Positions 35,932 through 48,355 of a stretch of 64,000 nt of DNA are shown here, one piece after another. A program made the position numbers and the translations under genes. This stretch comes from Microthyrium microscopicum (Eukaryota). Numbering within the stretch: position 1 is the first letter of the stretch; the number at the start of each line of letters is the position of its first letter. The stretch spans positions 902,627 to 966,626 of the forward strand of contig MU004230.1 of NCBI GenBank assembly GCA_010405405.1. The letters are read 5' to 3'. Under the pieces are notes generated by a model. The model did not search any database and was not told the origin of the DNA. It saw nothing but the letters and a program-made list of their open reading frames with translations.

Positions 35932-38486
35932 CTATTTCTCTACTGGGAATCGATTCAAGAACCGGAAAGTCTTCAGACCTTGTCTTAAATTGGTTGCCAA
36001 ATCGACAGAGTTATCCTCTGCTTGAGCATCTCGCTTTTCGCGAGTTCGGTTGTTCATGCCACCATATGTGGAGTTAGAGACGAAACGGCCTTTTAGGTCT
36101 GAATACACACCAGGCCCAGAGGGAATCTGAATCGATTGTTGTGCGGCTTTAGCATTGCCCACGAACGCAATGGGCTTGCCATAGCGGTAAGCATCGAGCA
36201 CAATGGTATTGGGTCGTCCTGCTGGGTATAGAGAAGAAGCTTGGGTAATAGGATCATCGAAGAGCTTGCTTGAACCTGCAGCTACCACAATGGCATCGAA
36301 ATCGGTGGCATCAGCTGCAGAGTATGTGAGATCGATTCCGTTGGCCAATGATTCTCCGACTACTTTGACGTTTACGCCATCAGCCTTGAACGCGGATTTC
36401 AATGTAGAAACAGTAGCTGCATCAATGGACTTTGTAGAGGTAAGAACGCCAATGTTGAGCCCAGCTAGCTTCAGGAGAGGGGTGCCCAGCGTGGATATTC
36501 CCTTGGTGACCTTGTCGTGATAGAATTGCGAGTCTGGAGCAGGTGCGGTCATACCAAGGGCTTCTGCAACTTGTTTGGCAATCTTGTTGGAGATCTTGTT
36601 AAGTTGCTTCACTACATTCGTCTTGACGGTAGCACTCTTGATATGAGAAGTTTCGAATCGAATGGCGTTGATGAGAAATTGCTGTTCTTGTTCCACCAAT
36701 GAGTTGAAGATTAATCGAGGTTGAGACCAGTAATCTTTTTCGAATGTTGATCGAACTGCGCGTTGAAGCTTGCCTGATACACTTCGGTTGGGTGCAGTAA
36801 AGAATCCTCTACCTTCGGCTTGAGTTGCTTGCTTTGGGGAACCGTTGTTTAGAGTATTAGGACTATATGGCGCATTATTTGCATGGACGAGCATTTGGCC
36901 TGATGACTGTCAGTATGGGTATAAACAGTCAATACGAGCGATTGTGACATACCAGCACCATCGCGGTTGTTGTTATGAATGGGAACGACAGGTCTGTTGA
37001 TTGGAAGCTGTTCAAAGTTTGGCCCGCCGTTACGGTTCAATTGCGTGTCGAGGTAAGAGAAAATGCGCCCCTGTAACAGAGGATCCTCGCTGAAATCAAC
37101 ACCACGTACGATATGACCAGGTTGAAACTAGACGGAGGGAGTAAGCAAGAAAAGTACCGATCTGAGTCAGATTATCTTACCATGACTTGTTCAGTCTCTG
37201 CGAAATAGTTCGTTGGATTACGGTTAAGCGTCATCTTTCCAAGCTTAGTCACTGGAACAAGCTCTTCTGGAACGATCTTCGTAGGATCCATGAGATCAAA
37301 GCCAAATTTCAGAGCATCATCTTCCTCCATAATTTGAACGCCAAACTATGTCTGTCAGCTTGTTCGGTATCATTGGTTACGCCAAACTCACCTCCCATTC
37401 GGGACCGTGACCAGATTCAATGGCTTCCCATAGATCTTGCCTGTGGAAATCCGCATTCTTACCAGCAAGTGCTTGGGCTTCTTCCCAAACCACGCTGGCC
37501 TTTCCAATCAGAGTTTTCCAGTGAAACTTTACCAACTTGGTCTTCCCATCATCAGTCACAAATCGATATGTGTGTACACCAAATCCATCCATATGGCGAA
37601 ATGATCGAACAATTCCATGACCTGCCATAGCCCAGAAGAGCGTATGTAAGCAGCTCGGCTGTTGGCTGAAAAAGTCCCAAGCTGAATCATGTGCGGTTGC
37701 GGCTTGTGGGATTTCGCGATCTTGTTGCGGTTTGACTGAATGAATGAGGTCGGGGAAGAGAATGGCATCCTGGATGAAGAAGACTGGAATGTTGTTTCCA
37801 ACGAGATCTAATTTGTTAGAACAGCCAATCTGGGATTGAACACACATACCAAAGTTGCCCTCATCGGTATAAAACCTGGTTGCGAAACCATGTACATCTC
37901 GAGCAGTGTCTGCGCTGCCTCTGCTTCCAGCTACTGTGGAGAATCGAGTGAAGGTAGGGGTCTTCTTTCCAGCTTTACTTAGGAATGAAGCAGCTGTGAT
38001 GTTGGAAAAGTCGCCATAAGACTCGAATACTCCATGTGCACCTTGGGTTATGTTAGCTTAGCTGATATGATCCAATGATTTATATGGTAAGAGATATACC
38101 AGCTCCTCGCGCATGAACTGCTCTTTCGGGAACCTAGGCATGTTTAGAGCAGAGGTATTGATGTAGTCTTAGTTACGTACCCGCTCATGATCAAAATGTG
38201 TAATTTTTTGTCTGAATATGAAGTCTTCAAGTAAAGTTGGTCCTCTGTCTCCAGCAACCAAGCTATTTTGATCTTCCATTGGACCACCAACATCGCTCGT
38301 TAGATACACGTTTGTATCATTGACCACGAACTGATCTATAAAATGCTCGCCTGTTGGTGGAGGCGCTTCGCGTTTCTCCAAGGTTTCCGATTCGGATCTT
38401 GCGGAAGTATGTCCATATGGACATTGTGCTGCGGATAGTGCTCCAAGGGACGCGAAAAGGACTAGAAAAGAGCGTAAGCCAGCCAT
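35932..38486 (-). CDS. catB: Secreted large-subunit monofunctional catalase (catalase B / Cat-3 type)
   Basis: Signal peptide and [48 protein letters not shown]-1-like C-terminal domain; six introns. Confidence 0.93.
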
Positions 38487-40683
38487 GACTAGAAAGGGAC
38501 TGAAAGCAAAAGCAGGGTCTCAACAAGTTTTTATCACAAGCTACGAGCAGAAGACTGTTATAATAAGGACATGGTGACGGGAACCTGGATACGACAGCTG
38601 TACTAGCCGGGCCAAATCACAGAAATAATTGACAAGTGCGCGGCAAAGTACCACGGGCGAATAGCTACTAGTTGAACACCGAAGTCCGGCTACTAAAAAG
38701 AAATGTTGGACCACAGCGGTGATTGCGGCTCTTGGTGTCGGAATGTGACATGCAATAGCCCATCAGCATGGGACGAAATGTGAGCCATGACCTAACCTTG
38801 TCAGCATCACCCTGGCGTGGAACGTGGGAGATCGTAGGATTCTAGTGTAAGACGAAGCTAGCTACTTAGTTGAATAATCTAAAAAGTTCTGAACGGTGTG
38901 CCCTCATCGATAGACTTCAAAAAGAAATAAAGGGTTATAGTATTGGGAAATAGAGTCAGGTCTGCACTATGACTATCAATTTTCGCTCTTGGTATTGAGT
39001 ACGAAGACTACTGCTCTGTAATGGAATTGGACTGTTTTTCGTTCAATATATTTGTATAATCTTAGCAGGATAAAGTACTGTGTAGGAGAGATCATTGTCC
39101 TTGGAAAGGTTACCAACCTTCTGTATCACATGTCAACGTGACAAGTCAGTAGTGGCAGGGCTTTCGAGCCATCGGCGCTGTCATAGGCAGACAGGTAGCT
39201 TCAATAGCCAGTGGTGAGGATGAAAAGTCATAGTGTCTATACGTCGGTGCAGTAGAACCGAAAGCGAGGGTCAAGTGGTATGGATGGTGTTTCGCGATGA
39301 CGTTATAGGCATAGACTCGTTAAGGATGTTGTGATATTAACCTGTGATCTTTAAACAATAAGGTTACGGAACGGTGATCATAGACGAATGCGAACGTCAA
39401 GTCCAGCTCTTCAAGAAGTTATGAAGTGGGATCTAGTTGGTAATCAGTTTTTACATGAAGTGTCCGATTAAGCTCATTTAAGAGATTCACTAAGAGCGGG
39501 CGCTAAGCGGGCTGTACATACTCTATTTTGATTAGACCTTCACGTGTCCGAGCATATAGTAATACAAAGGCCGTAACAATTTCATGTTTTAGCAATGTCG
39601 TCTTTGCTATTTTATTTTTCTCATCTTTCGGTCATTGCTCGACCCCAAAGGCAAGACTGTCCAGCTTTATTGAGAATGGCACTTATTTCGAGTTGAGTAA
39701 ACATATTTTTTAAAGAAATTTGTAGATCGAGTCAAGCCTGAAGCAAAATAAGATACTGGAAGTCAAGAGTATTGAATGAGGTAGACGTGCTCACGTGCAT
39801 AACTACGAAGTTGACGGATCCACATGTGCGTATAGGATATGTTAGCTCACTATATGGTCGGCCATTGTATCAAAGCTTCTGCTACGCTTACAAGAGCCTC
39901 AAAACACCAGACGCAGGCTGACCTGCTGCTGGCTTGGAGCGGTCCCGAAGATACGTTTCGGAAGGATTTAGATATTGGACGGCCCGAGATTATATAACAA
40001 GGGCAAGCTATAACATGCCTAGGGCGAAATGGACACCGAGTTCAGAAGTATCCAACAGTATTAAACTTACACTTACTCTTTCTGTATCATACAAGTATTT
40101 GTTAGACGAGCATGTCCTGAAGCATACATGCTCAACTGCTGCACTGTGGTTAAGTAGTTGGATATGCGGCTATCTAATTGGTCGAATGGTTAGCAACTAG
40201 CGTCAAATGATCCTACTACTAGAGATCTGGTAATCTTAACATATAATGTACATACATGATGATCGATGTTTTTACCATTGAAATAATCAATTGGTTTTCA
40301 AATTCAAAGCACAAACTGCATGTGGTTCTCATAGACATGAGAAATGGCCCGAACTACAGACAGTCTAAACTGGTTTAAGCTGTTGATGGCACGGTGGATA
40401 CCTACCCAAAGGTTGTGCATGTGGTAGGTAACCACGAGAAGCAGGTCGTGCCGACCACGCGATATTGAACTCGTATCGCGTGGTCGATACTCTACGCGCG
40501 TGGGCCGTGGCTGGAATGGAGCTTATCGGCGGGGAATCTCAACCCCACCTTCCCTCTCTTCCGGCTTCACCCAATCTAGTATCACGGATCAGACATCAGA
40601 CATCAGACATAAAACTTGTTCTAAATAACTTCTCGACTCCTCAGACAAAGAAGAAGTATATACAGTGAATCAGTGCAAACATC

Positions 40684-42240
40684 ATGGGTGCCACACAGTC
40701 CAAGATGCCGGAGCCGGCCATCGTCGAGAAGCTTACTGAACGACTTAGAGCTATGCAACTAGAGCATGAAGGCGACTATATGCTAGTCGAAAAGATAGGT
40801 CTTGAGAAATCAACACTACACCAAAGCAACGTATCCGTTTCTGCTACGGAAAAATGGTTAGACGATTTGTTACAAGACCCAAAAGCAAGTTCCTTGATAT
40901 TCTCTTTCATGGTACACCATCCGCTAACCGTACCAAAGAACCGCCTTGCAATCTCAGCCTTATCGTCGAATCCACTCCCATCAATACTAACCAAGCAACC
41001 TACGGTCGTTGCAGATACACAAACTTTCAATGTCAACATTCCACTCGAAGGCAGTCCAGTGACTAATCAGCGTTCCTCTGGAAGATGCTGGCTCTTTGCC
41101 ACAACCAACGTAATGCGCGTTGCCATTATGAAGCGGTACAATATCGAGTCATTTGAACTCTCGCAGGCCTACCTCTTCTTTTGGGACAAACTTGAAAAAG
41201 CCAACTATTTCCTCGAAAATGTTCTGGACACGCTCGAAGAACCTCTCGATGGCCGTCTAATGCAGGCACTACTTGGTTCCCCTGTCTCTGATGGTGGTCA
41301 ATTCGACATGGCAGCAAACATCATCAAAAAATATGGACTAGTTCCCCAGAGCGTCTACCCAGACTCTTACAACGCGATGAACTCATCCGCCATGGATCGC
41401 CTGATCACAACAAAATTGCGAGAAGACTGCTTGCGCCTACGCAGTCTTGCCACCAGTACCACCAGTACAAGCACTGATATCAACGCCACCAAACACAAAA
41501 TGCTGCGTGAGATCCATCTGATTCTAACTCTGATGCTTGGCCCACCACCCTCGCCTACTGCACCGTTCACATGGGAATACTATGACAAACTAGGCGCCCT
41601 ACAAAGCACCTCGATGACTCCACAGGAACTTGCAGCCACGCTCTCTGACGCCAAAACTTTGCGTGCCACTGGAGGAACTGATGTAAAGAAGCTATTTTCA
41701 CTTGTCCACGATCCAAGACACGACTATCTTACACACCTGACAGTCAACCGCCTTGGCAATATATGGGACGGAAATCCAGTCAGCTATGTCAACGTCTCGA
41801 TGTCAACAATCAAGAAAGCCTGCATTTCCATGCTACGAGCTGGCATCCCCGTATTTTTTGGCAGTGACGTAGGACAGTCAAGTGACAGCAAGCTGGGAAT
41901 TATGGACACACGACTATTTGACTATGAAGCAGGATTCAATGTGACGCTAGGCATGAGCAAGGCCGAACGACTCGCAGTGGGAGAGAGCGCCATGACACAT
42001 GCGATGGTGTTGACAGGAGTTCATGTGGTTGATGGCAAGTCAGTCAGGTGGCGAGTGGAAAATAGTTGGAGTGAGACTGCGGGAACCAAGGGTTACTTCG
42101 TCATGCACGATGCCTGGATGGACGAATTCGTTTATCAGGCAGTTGTAGACCCAAAGTTTGTGGCTGAGGACGTAAAGAAGGTCTTGTCGAAGAAGCCTGT
42201 CGTATTACCTTTATGGGATCCAATGGGAGCACTAGCATAA
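40684..42240 (+). CDS. LAP3: Bleomycin hydrolase / cysteine aminopeptidase (peptidase C1B)
   Basis: NQRSSGRCWLFA, MTHAM, VENSW and terminal WDPMGALA; probable in-frame GC-AG intron 40885-40938. Confidence 0.95.
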   Translation: MGATQSKMPEPAIVEKLTERLRAMQLEHEGDYMLVEKIGLEKSTLHQSNVSVSATEKWLDDLLQDPKASSLIFSFMVHHPLTVPKNRLAISALSSNPLPSILTKQPTVVADTQTFNVNIPLEGSPVTNQRSSGRCWLFATTNVMRVAIMKRYNIESFELSQAYLFFWDKLEKANYFLENVLDTLEEPLDGRLMQALLGSPVSDGGQFDMAANIIKKYGLVPQSVYPDSYNAMNSSAMDRLITTKLREDCLRLRSLATSTTSTSTDINATKHKMLREIHLILTLMLGPPPSPTAPFTWEYYDKLGALQSTSMTPQELAATLSDAKTLRATGGTDVKKLFSLVHDPRHDYLTHLTVNRLGNIWDGNPVSYVNVSMSTIKKACISMLRAGIPVFFGSDVGQSSDSKLGIMDTRLFDYEAGFNVTLGMSKAERLAVGESAMTHAMVLTGVHVVDGKSVRWRVENSWSETAGTKGYFVMHDAWMDEFVYQAVVDPKFVAEDVKKVLSKKPVVLPLWDPMGALA

Positions 42241-42504
42241 CGGCCTGTGATTTGGCTGAAGCCTTGGTTTATGATTTACTGTCGGGGTTTGCCTGGTTTA
42301 TATTTGGTTATGGTTCAAGCGTATGTAGATATCGAATGCAATTTATATTCTTCTATGACATTCGCTTGCAGGCCTAAATCAAATGGCCATGATAGTATGG
42401 TGTGTCGCGACATGAAAACCAACATATGTCTCTTCCACTCAACGCGCAAGAACGCCAACCATGCACATGCCGCTAATGAGTATTCACATAATCTTTCATT
42501 TCCA

Positions 42505-43265
42505 CTAATCCATATTCTCCAAACTGTCATTGACACACTTGCGTGCTTCTCGCTTGAACAGTTTTGGATCCTCGCGGAACTGCTTGGCCGCATCCACGTT
42601 GGCAGGGCTATCAGGATTTGGACCAGAAAGCATGCTGATAACGGACAGCAAGATGGATGCAGGTGTTTGGACGGGTGACCAGCGTTCAGCAGCAGCTTCA
42701 TAACCTAGACTGTCTTCGCCGGGCGGATGGAGTATGGAGATGCAGACGTTGCCATCAGGGTAGACTAAAAGTAGCTTTGTTAGTAATGATCAATATTACA
42801 AAGCGAGAGGGAGGGCTGGTACCATTAGGATGCCATATGCGGGTGAGAAACTTGAGTTTCGGAGGTTGTAGAGGATACTCTTTGGGGAAGCTTAGTCTCG
42901 CACGGAAGAACCCGCCTACGTTTAATAGTGTCAGCATTGTATATATCCCAGTGTTGAATGACACGTACCGCCATAGAATTTGCAGTCGTCGTTGATCATA
43001 AGCATAACATCCCACTCGAAAACGTTACTGCTCTCCACTAAGCCGACACTGATGCCTATATTCAGTCAGTTCAAAGCCCCAAATAACAGGCTCCGTAAAG
43101 CACAAAGAAGATGACTCTAACCACTTGTTTAAGCAGGTAGAAACAATTTCAATGTGCCAATCATGACGGCGTGAACCTGTACGTACCGTCAATTTGATCT
43201 TCTTTCTGCATCCTCTTGAACTGCTTGGCTAGCACGATTGCTGCCGACGCGCCTGACGCAGCCAT
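42505..43265 (-). CDS. Ubiquitin-conjugating enzyme of the UBE2G/Ubc7/Cdc34 acidic-loop class (Ubc15-like)
   Basis: Spliced [67 protein letters not shown]; three introns. Confidence 0.9.
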
Positions 43266-44062
43266 GATGCTGATTCTATAAGACCTGAGGCGGCAGAAGG
43301 ATAGGTTGTCTGGAAAACTTGGCGAGCTCGCGATCAGAAGTTGGAGAGGAGGAAGCGGGAATCGGTGGTTTGTATCTCCAGAACTAGTGAAGTCGCGGTG
43401 GATGGGCGGGATAAAGGCGGATGCGGGCAGGTGGTGAAGCCGTGAGCCGGAGAATAAGTGACTGATGTGGTAGTGAGGGTATGACGGGTTGGCTCAAGGT
43501 GAAATCCTCACTATGTATGTGGTCGTAAGGAAGCAGTCAAAGTATGGAGAAGAGAAGGTGACAGGATGTAGATATAGAAGCGTGAGAAGGTAGAAGCGGC
43601 CAAACACATCACATCTGATTTGGTGGGGCAAAACTGCCGAAAGCGGAAATGCACTATTAAATCCAAGGTTCTGGAGCATTATTTAAGCCTTACTACTCTA
43701 GAGTGCAATTCAACATTGCATTTGAATCTCATTAGCAATTTTCGCTTTGTCCTATTGCCATGTCTTTGTTTGAGAGGTACGTCTCTTGCAAAGCGAACAT
43801 TCCATGGTCATTCGGGAAGATTTTAAGACAATGAACAAATAATCAAATTCGTCAGTGGCTGTGGCGTTTTGCTATTCCGGTACCGAGTTGTCTTATATCA
43901 ACCTACATCTCATGAGATCAGAGTAAGAGTAAAGTAATTCTGGCTTATTCAAGAACTACTGTGTATCTTTTCAGTGTTCCCCATCATGTCCTCGTACTCG
44001 TAAGTCGTGTATACTCATGGGGACAAAGCACAAAGCCCAATTCCATGCCAATGAAGATGCCT

Positions 44063-46639
44063 TCAGTTATTGGAATTACTTCTGCTATACGTGCCTTCCC
44101 AGGTCAGATTGATTCCACTGTTGCCCCCAAGATTGACTGCTTCATCCTCAAACTCGGAATCCGAGACTGCTTCTGGATTCAGATAAGCCAACTCTCCCAT
44201 TGCTTCGGAATGTATAGATGCTGTATCTGAACCAAAATCCATTTCTTCAAGATCGAGATTCTTTGCTTCTGAATGGGATCTGCCAGATCCATCAACCTTT
44301 CCTTTTGACTTATCATGAAGGTCTACGCCATGCGCTTCAAGAGGATCGTGAAATTCGGGGCTGTCTTTGGCTTCCTCAGCAATATCCTTCTTCTCTACTG
44401 TGATATTTGATTTGTGAGGCTGGGATTTTGGTTTTCGTGGCGGAAGTGATGGCGCTTTCTCTTCGTCCACTAAGCTTAGCAGATCGACTTGCTTCCCAAC
44501 ATCTTCTGCATCCTCATCAACTGCATGTGCTGACTTTTGGGTAGACTTTCGTTCGGCAGCTTTGGAGACTGTCCATTCCACAGCCTTGGCTTCTCTATCT
44601 GCATCATGCTGTTTGGTGACCACGGATTGCTTTTGGCCTTTTCTGTCGAAAGCTTCCCGCTCCTTGGTCTCCCTAATAACTCCCTGCTTGCTAATGTCCT
44701 CGAACTCGACCATATCAAGAATCTTACCAGTCAGATAGCGATACTTCATATGAGTGTCAACCTGATCAGTCATGTTCAGATTCTCAACTCCTTGAACTTC
44801 AGTGACAGCCTTCAGACCAGCAACGTCCATTTGAGCTGAGTTGGCACGGTAGAGAAATCCCAACAGAAGGTCCTTTTCACTGAAAACATTCACGAGTCGT
44901 CCAGTCACAACAGCTCGCAGTCTCGTCCATTCAGCCGAACTGCCAGGAACCGGGGCGCCTATCAAGACTGAATTTTCAACCAGTCCAAATGCGTTCTGCC
45001 TTGAAAGCTCCATGAGACAAGCGTATATTACACGAGCGCCAACTCCCCAGCCTACCAGGGTTACTGGGCGTTCTCCTTGCGCTTTAGCAATCAAAGTTGC
45101 AGCCAGCACTATGCCGGCCTTATCTGCTCTAGTCCGGGCAATATTGAATGGATTGTCCACGACGCGGCCTAATTTGAGGAGTCCCAGTGGCCATAAACCA
45201 GCAGCTATTGAAGCAAACAGTGTTCGACGAAGTAGTTCGAAACGAGCAGTCTCCCAGATATAAGTTCGAAGAACGGTATTGAGAGAGACACCAAGCTTGA
45301 GAAGGGCCGCCGTTTCCCATCTCAGAGAAAAGGTAGTTGTTCCAGGTACTGTAAAAAGTAAAGCTGGATAGAGGTAATCGTGCTCTATTGACAAAGGCCC
45401 AGGAACTCCAATTGCCACACGTAAAGTTTGCTGACCGGTATTCGATTCTTGCGATTTGCTTGGTTGAGTATGATCTGGAGGTATATGAGAGTGTCTTGTT
45501 ACATCCAACCCCGAGTCTGGAGTTTCGTGCTCAATTGGAATAAACTTGAAGTCCTCGACATCCTTCGCAAGCTCATCTACCATTTTCCCAGTCATTTTGG
45601 CTCCATATGCGCCGAACAGCCCTGTGATAAGCAACGTATTTCCGGCCAATGCACCTAGCAATCCGGAAACCGCACCTAAACCCACTGCGCCGAAGACGCT
45701 GCCAATTCCAGCTGCGATTAATGGTGCTGCTAGTCCTCCAGTGACAGCAATCAATGCACCTCCGGCTACCGTTGCAAGACCAACCTTCCATCGTCTTGAA
45801 GCCGCATTATTGGAGGCTTGCTTCTCTACATGCTCATCCCCATCAATTTTTGATGCCACTTGAACTAGCCCTTTTGCCATGGCGTTCTCCAGATTGACAA
45901 GCCCATCTCGGTCTATACCAAGACTTTGCGTGAGCCGTAACATGGTGATTCGCGCATAGGCACTGTAGGATTCCAGGCTCAGTAGAAGTGAAAGTGAAGC
46001 ATTCAAGATAGTTTGTCGTTTCTCTTGTTCCAGACTTGACAGTGATGTCACTACGGGATCATATTCCGTAAAACCGGTCCAGCCAGGAGATCTGTCTTTC
46101 GATGCTGAATCTGGACTCCTCTTACCAATCGCCCATTGGCGAAATTCATCTTCTCGCTTCTGATTGTCTCCTTGCTTTTTGTTCTCTAGATACTGCTTTC
46201 GTGCCTGCTTGACCTGCTCAGGAGAAGCTTTGAGCGCATCACATGTTCTACGAAGAAGCTTTGCTCGCCACGAATCGAAGTGGGTATTCGCAGCGTGCTT
46301 CAATCCAGAAATTGCGGGTGAAGCGAGCTCAATCTTACGAGATTCGCTCCGCTTTAGAGCAGCTTGTTTCAAGGCGGTGGAATTATTGGCAGGTTCGTTG
46401 TCTTGTGCTTTGTCAAGTGACACCAGATCATCGATTGCTGAGCCTGTTGACGGGTCCTGCAATTCGGGAACCTCAAAGCTTGCGTTGATTTCCTTCTTCA
46501 TGTCATCAGTACATAGTAGCAGTAACACGGCAAGCTCTATGCACTGAGATTTCGATAAAACCGATGTGATTGAATCATCGGCAGCTCGGGCGTCTTGTGA
46601 GCTCTCATCGCGAGGTCCTGCGAACACCTTGGAGAACAT
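44063..46639 (-). CDS. DUF726 (TMCO4/Mil1 family) protein, paralog A, with the nucleophile Ser replaced
   Basis: Intronless 858 aa; GLATVAGGALIAVTGGLAAP membrane hairpin, VDNPF, RPVTLVGWGVGARVI. Confidence 0.9.
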   Translation of the reverse strand: MFSKVFAGPRDESSQDARAADDSITSVLSKSQCIELAVLLLLCTDDMKKEINASFEVPELQDPSTGSAIDDLVSLDKAQDNEPANNSTALKQAALKRSESRKIELASPAISGLKHAANTHFDSWRAKLLRRTCDALKASPEQVKQARKQYLENKKQGDNQKREDEFRQWAIGKRSPDSASKDRSPGWTGFTEYDPVVTSLSSLEQEKRQTILNASLSLLLSLESYSAYARITMLRLTQSLGIDRDGLVNLENAMAKGLVQVASKIDGDEHVEKQASNNAASRRWKVGLATVAGGALIAVTGGLAAPLIAAGIGSVFGAVGLGAVSGLLGALAGNTLLITGLFGAYGAKMTGKMVDELAKDVEDFKFIPIEHETPDSGLDVTRHSHIPPDHTQPSKSQESNTGQQTLRVAIGVPGPLSIEHDYLYPALLFTVPGTTTFSLRWETAALLKLGVSLNTVLRTYIWETARFELLRRTLFASIAAGLWPLGLLKLGRVVDNPFNIARTRADKAGIVLAATLIAKAQGERPVTLVGWGVGARVIYACLMELSRQNAFGLVENSVLIGAPVPGSSAEWTRLRAVVTGRLVNVFSEKDLLLGFLYRANSAQMDVAGLKAVTEVQGVENLNMTDQVDTHMKYRYLTGKILDMVEFEDISKQGVIRETKEREAFDRKGQKQSVVTKQHDADREAKAVEWTVSKAAERKSTQKSAHAVDEDAEDVGKQVDLLSLVDEEKAPSLPPRKPKSQPHKSNITVEKKDIAEEAKDSPEFHDPLEAHGVDLHDKSKGKVDGSGRSHSEAKNLDLEEMDFGSDTASIHSEAMGELAYLNPEAVSDSEFEDEAVNLGGNSGINLTWEGTYSRSNSNN

Positions 46640-46998
46640 GACGTATGTATATGTTGTATTCAGTAGACAGACATAGATGATGGCAGTTCTGGACGTTATT
46701 CTCGTGATGATAATTTTGTAAGAACGGAGTAATGGGTCAAGAGGGATTGCTGCCTTATTGAAGGGATGTGGAAGACCCAGCGTCCACTGGTCGCTGTGCG
46801 GCGTGCCACCTCAAAGCCACCCGTGGACTGTCTCAACTGGGAAGGAGCACAACTCCAACTTCACTTTTGCATCTGTGATCTTGATCCTTCGGTTATTCCA
46901 TCCATCCCCATCAAACATACCAAACGGTAGTCAATTCATTGTTCTAGACGTCCGTTTCAGTCACGTACACATGAGGAATCAACATCTCTGATTTCAAC

Positions 46999-47982
46999 AT
47001 GACCACTAGTACAGGGCCCGTTATTGACACGACTACTGTCACGTCCCTTCTTGCAGCACTCAGTCTGTTTGTCATTGCTTACGCTTTGGGAAATGTTGTT
47101 CTTCCCAAACAATCGTCAAAGCGTACCAGAGTCCTATTCGTATGGCATCTCTTTGACTCTCTGATCCATTTTACATTCGAAGGATCTTTTCTATACAATT
47201 GCTTTTTCACATACATTGACCTTCCAGGACCACCAAGTTACCTCTCCCCATCTCATGCTATTCTAACCCCTCCGGGAGTTTACTTCCTGGGACAATCAAA
47301 CAGGCTCTATGGTAGCGCCTTTGGCAACAATCCAACCGCAAAATTATGGCAAGAATATACTAAAGCTGATAAACGATGGGGCGGAGCGGATCTGACAGTC
47401 ATATCACTTGAATTGCTCACAGTCTTGATTGGCGGACCCCTTGCCGCATACATTTGTTACCTCTTGTCAAAGGGCCATGGCGATACTACTTCCACCTCAT
47501 CCAAAATGAAAAGCTTGATGACAGGAAAACTTTCTTTCTGGTTGATCGTCCTGGCAACAGGTGAACTCTACGGCGGTAAGAAACATCTGGACGCTTGTTG
47601 ACCATATCGTATTTATGACTATATTAGGCTTCATGACTTTTGCACCCGAGTGGTTGAGCGGATCGACCGGTCTAGACACTTCAAACTGGATGTATCTGTG
47701 AGTCAATAGAATCAATCTATGCGTAAGGTGTCGACTAATGAGACATAGCTGGCTGTACCTGGTCTTCTTCAACGTACTCTGGTGAGTTCGGATTCCATTT
47801 TATATCATGCTCTGGACAGTATTTGCCAGTGAAATCGGCCTGATTGTGCTTTTGATATGTCTGGGAAGCAGCACTCTAACAAACTGTACAGGGTTTTCCT
47901 ACCTTTGTATGCTCTCGTCATGGCCTATAGGTCTCTAACAGGAGCGTCGCCTCTGAGAGATGTCGAAAAGAAGAAGATGTGA
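46999..47982 (+). CDS. Emopamil-binding protein (EBP/EXPERA) sterol isomerase-like ER membrane protein
   Basis: WHLFDSLIHFTFEG, LWQEYTKADKRW, ELYGG..F..EW and YLVFFN.LW motifs; three introns; C-terminal KKKM ER-retrieval signal. Confidence 0.9.
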
Positions 47983-48355
47983 ATATGGATTCCACTGCGC
48001 GAAGATCTCACGTGTGCGATAAATTCAAAACTATCGACTTCATTCTACTCGATATTAGCGAAAAGCAGCACCGTGAAGACGTATTTAGTGTATTAACACT
48101 GGGCAATATTAGAATTTAATTTGATTCGTCAATTGAAATTGTTGACTGGGGTACCAATATCACCAAGACTGGCATCCATCTAGCGAAGGTCGCTATCAAC
48201 GTCAAGAGGCTCCTCCCTCAATCATCTTGTCTATGAATGCAATGTGGTCGCTAATGATTTGAAAGAACCGAACCCGACTCCACTTATATGCAAGTCCGCG
48301 CAAAACGCGTCGGTCGAATGTGTGACAATGTACATCATGCTGCTGGCCAGTTCAT

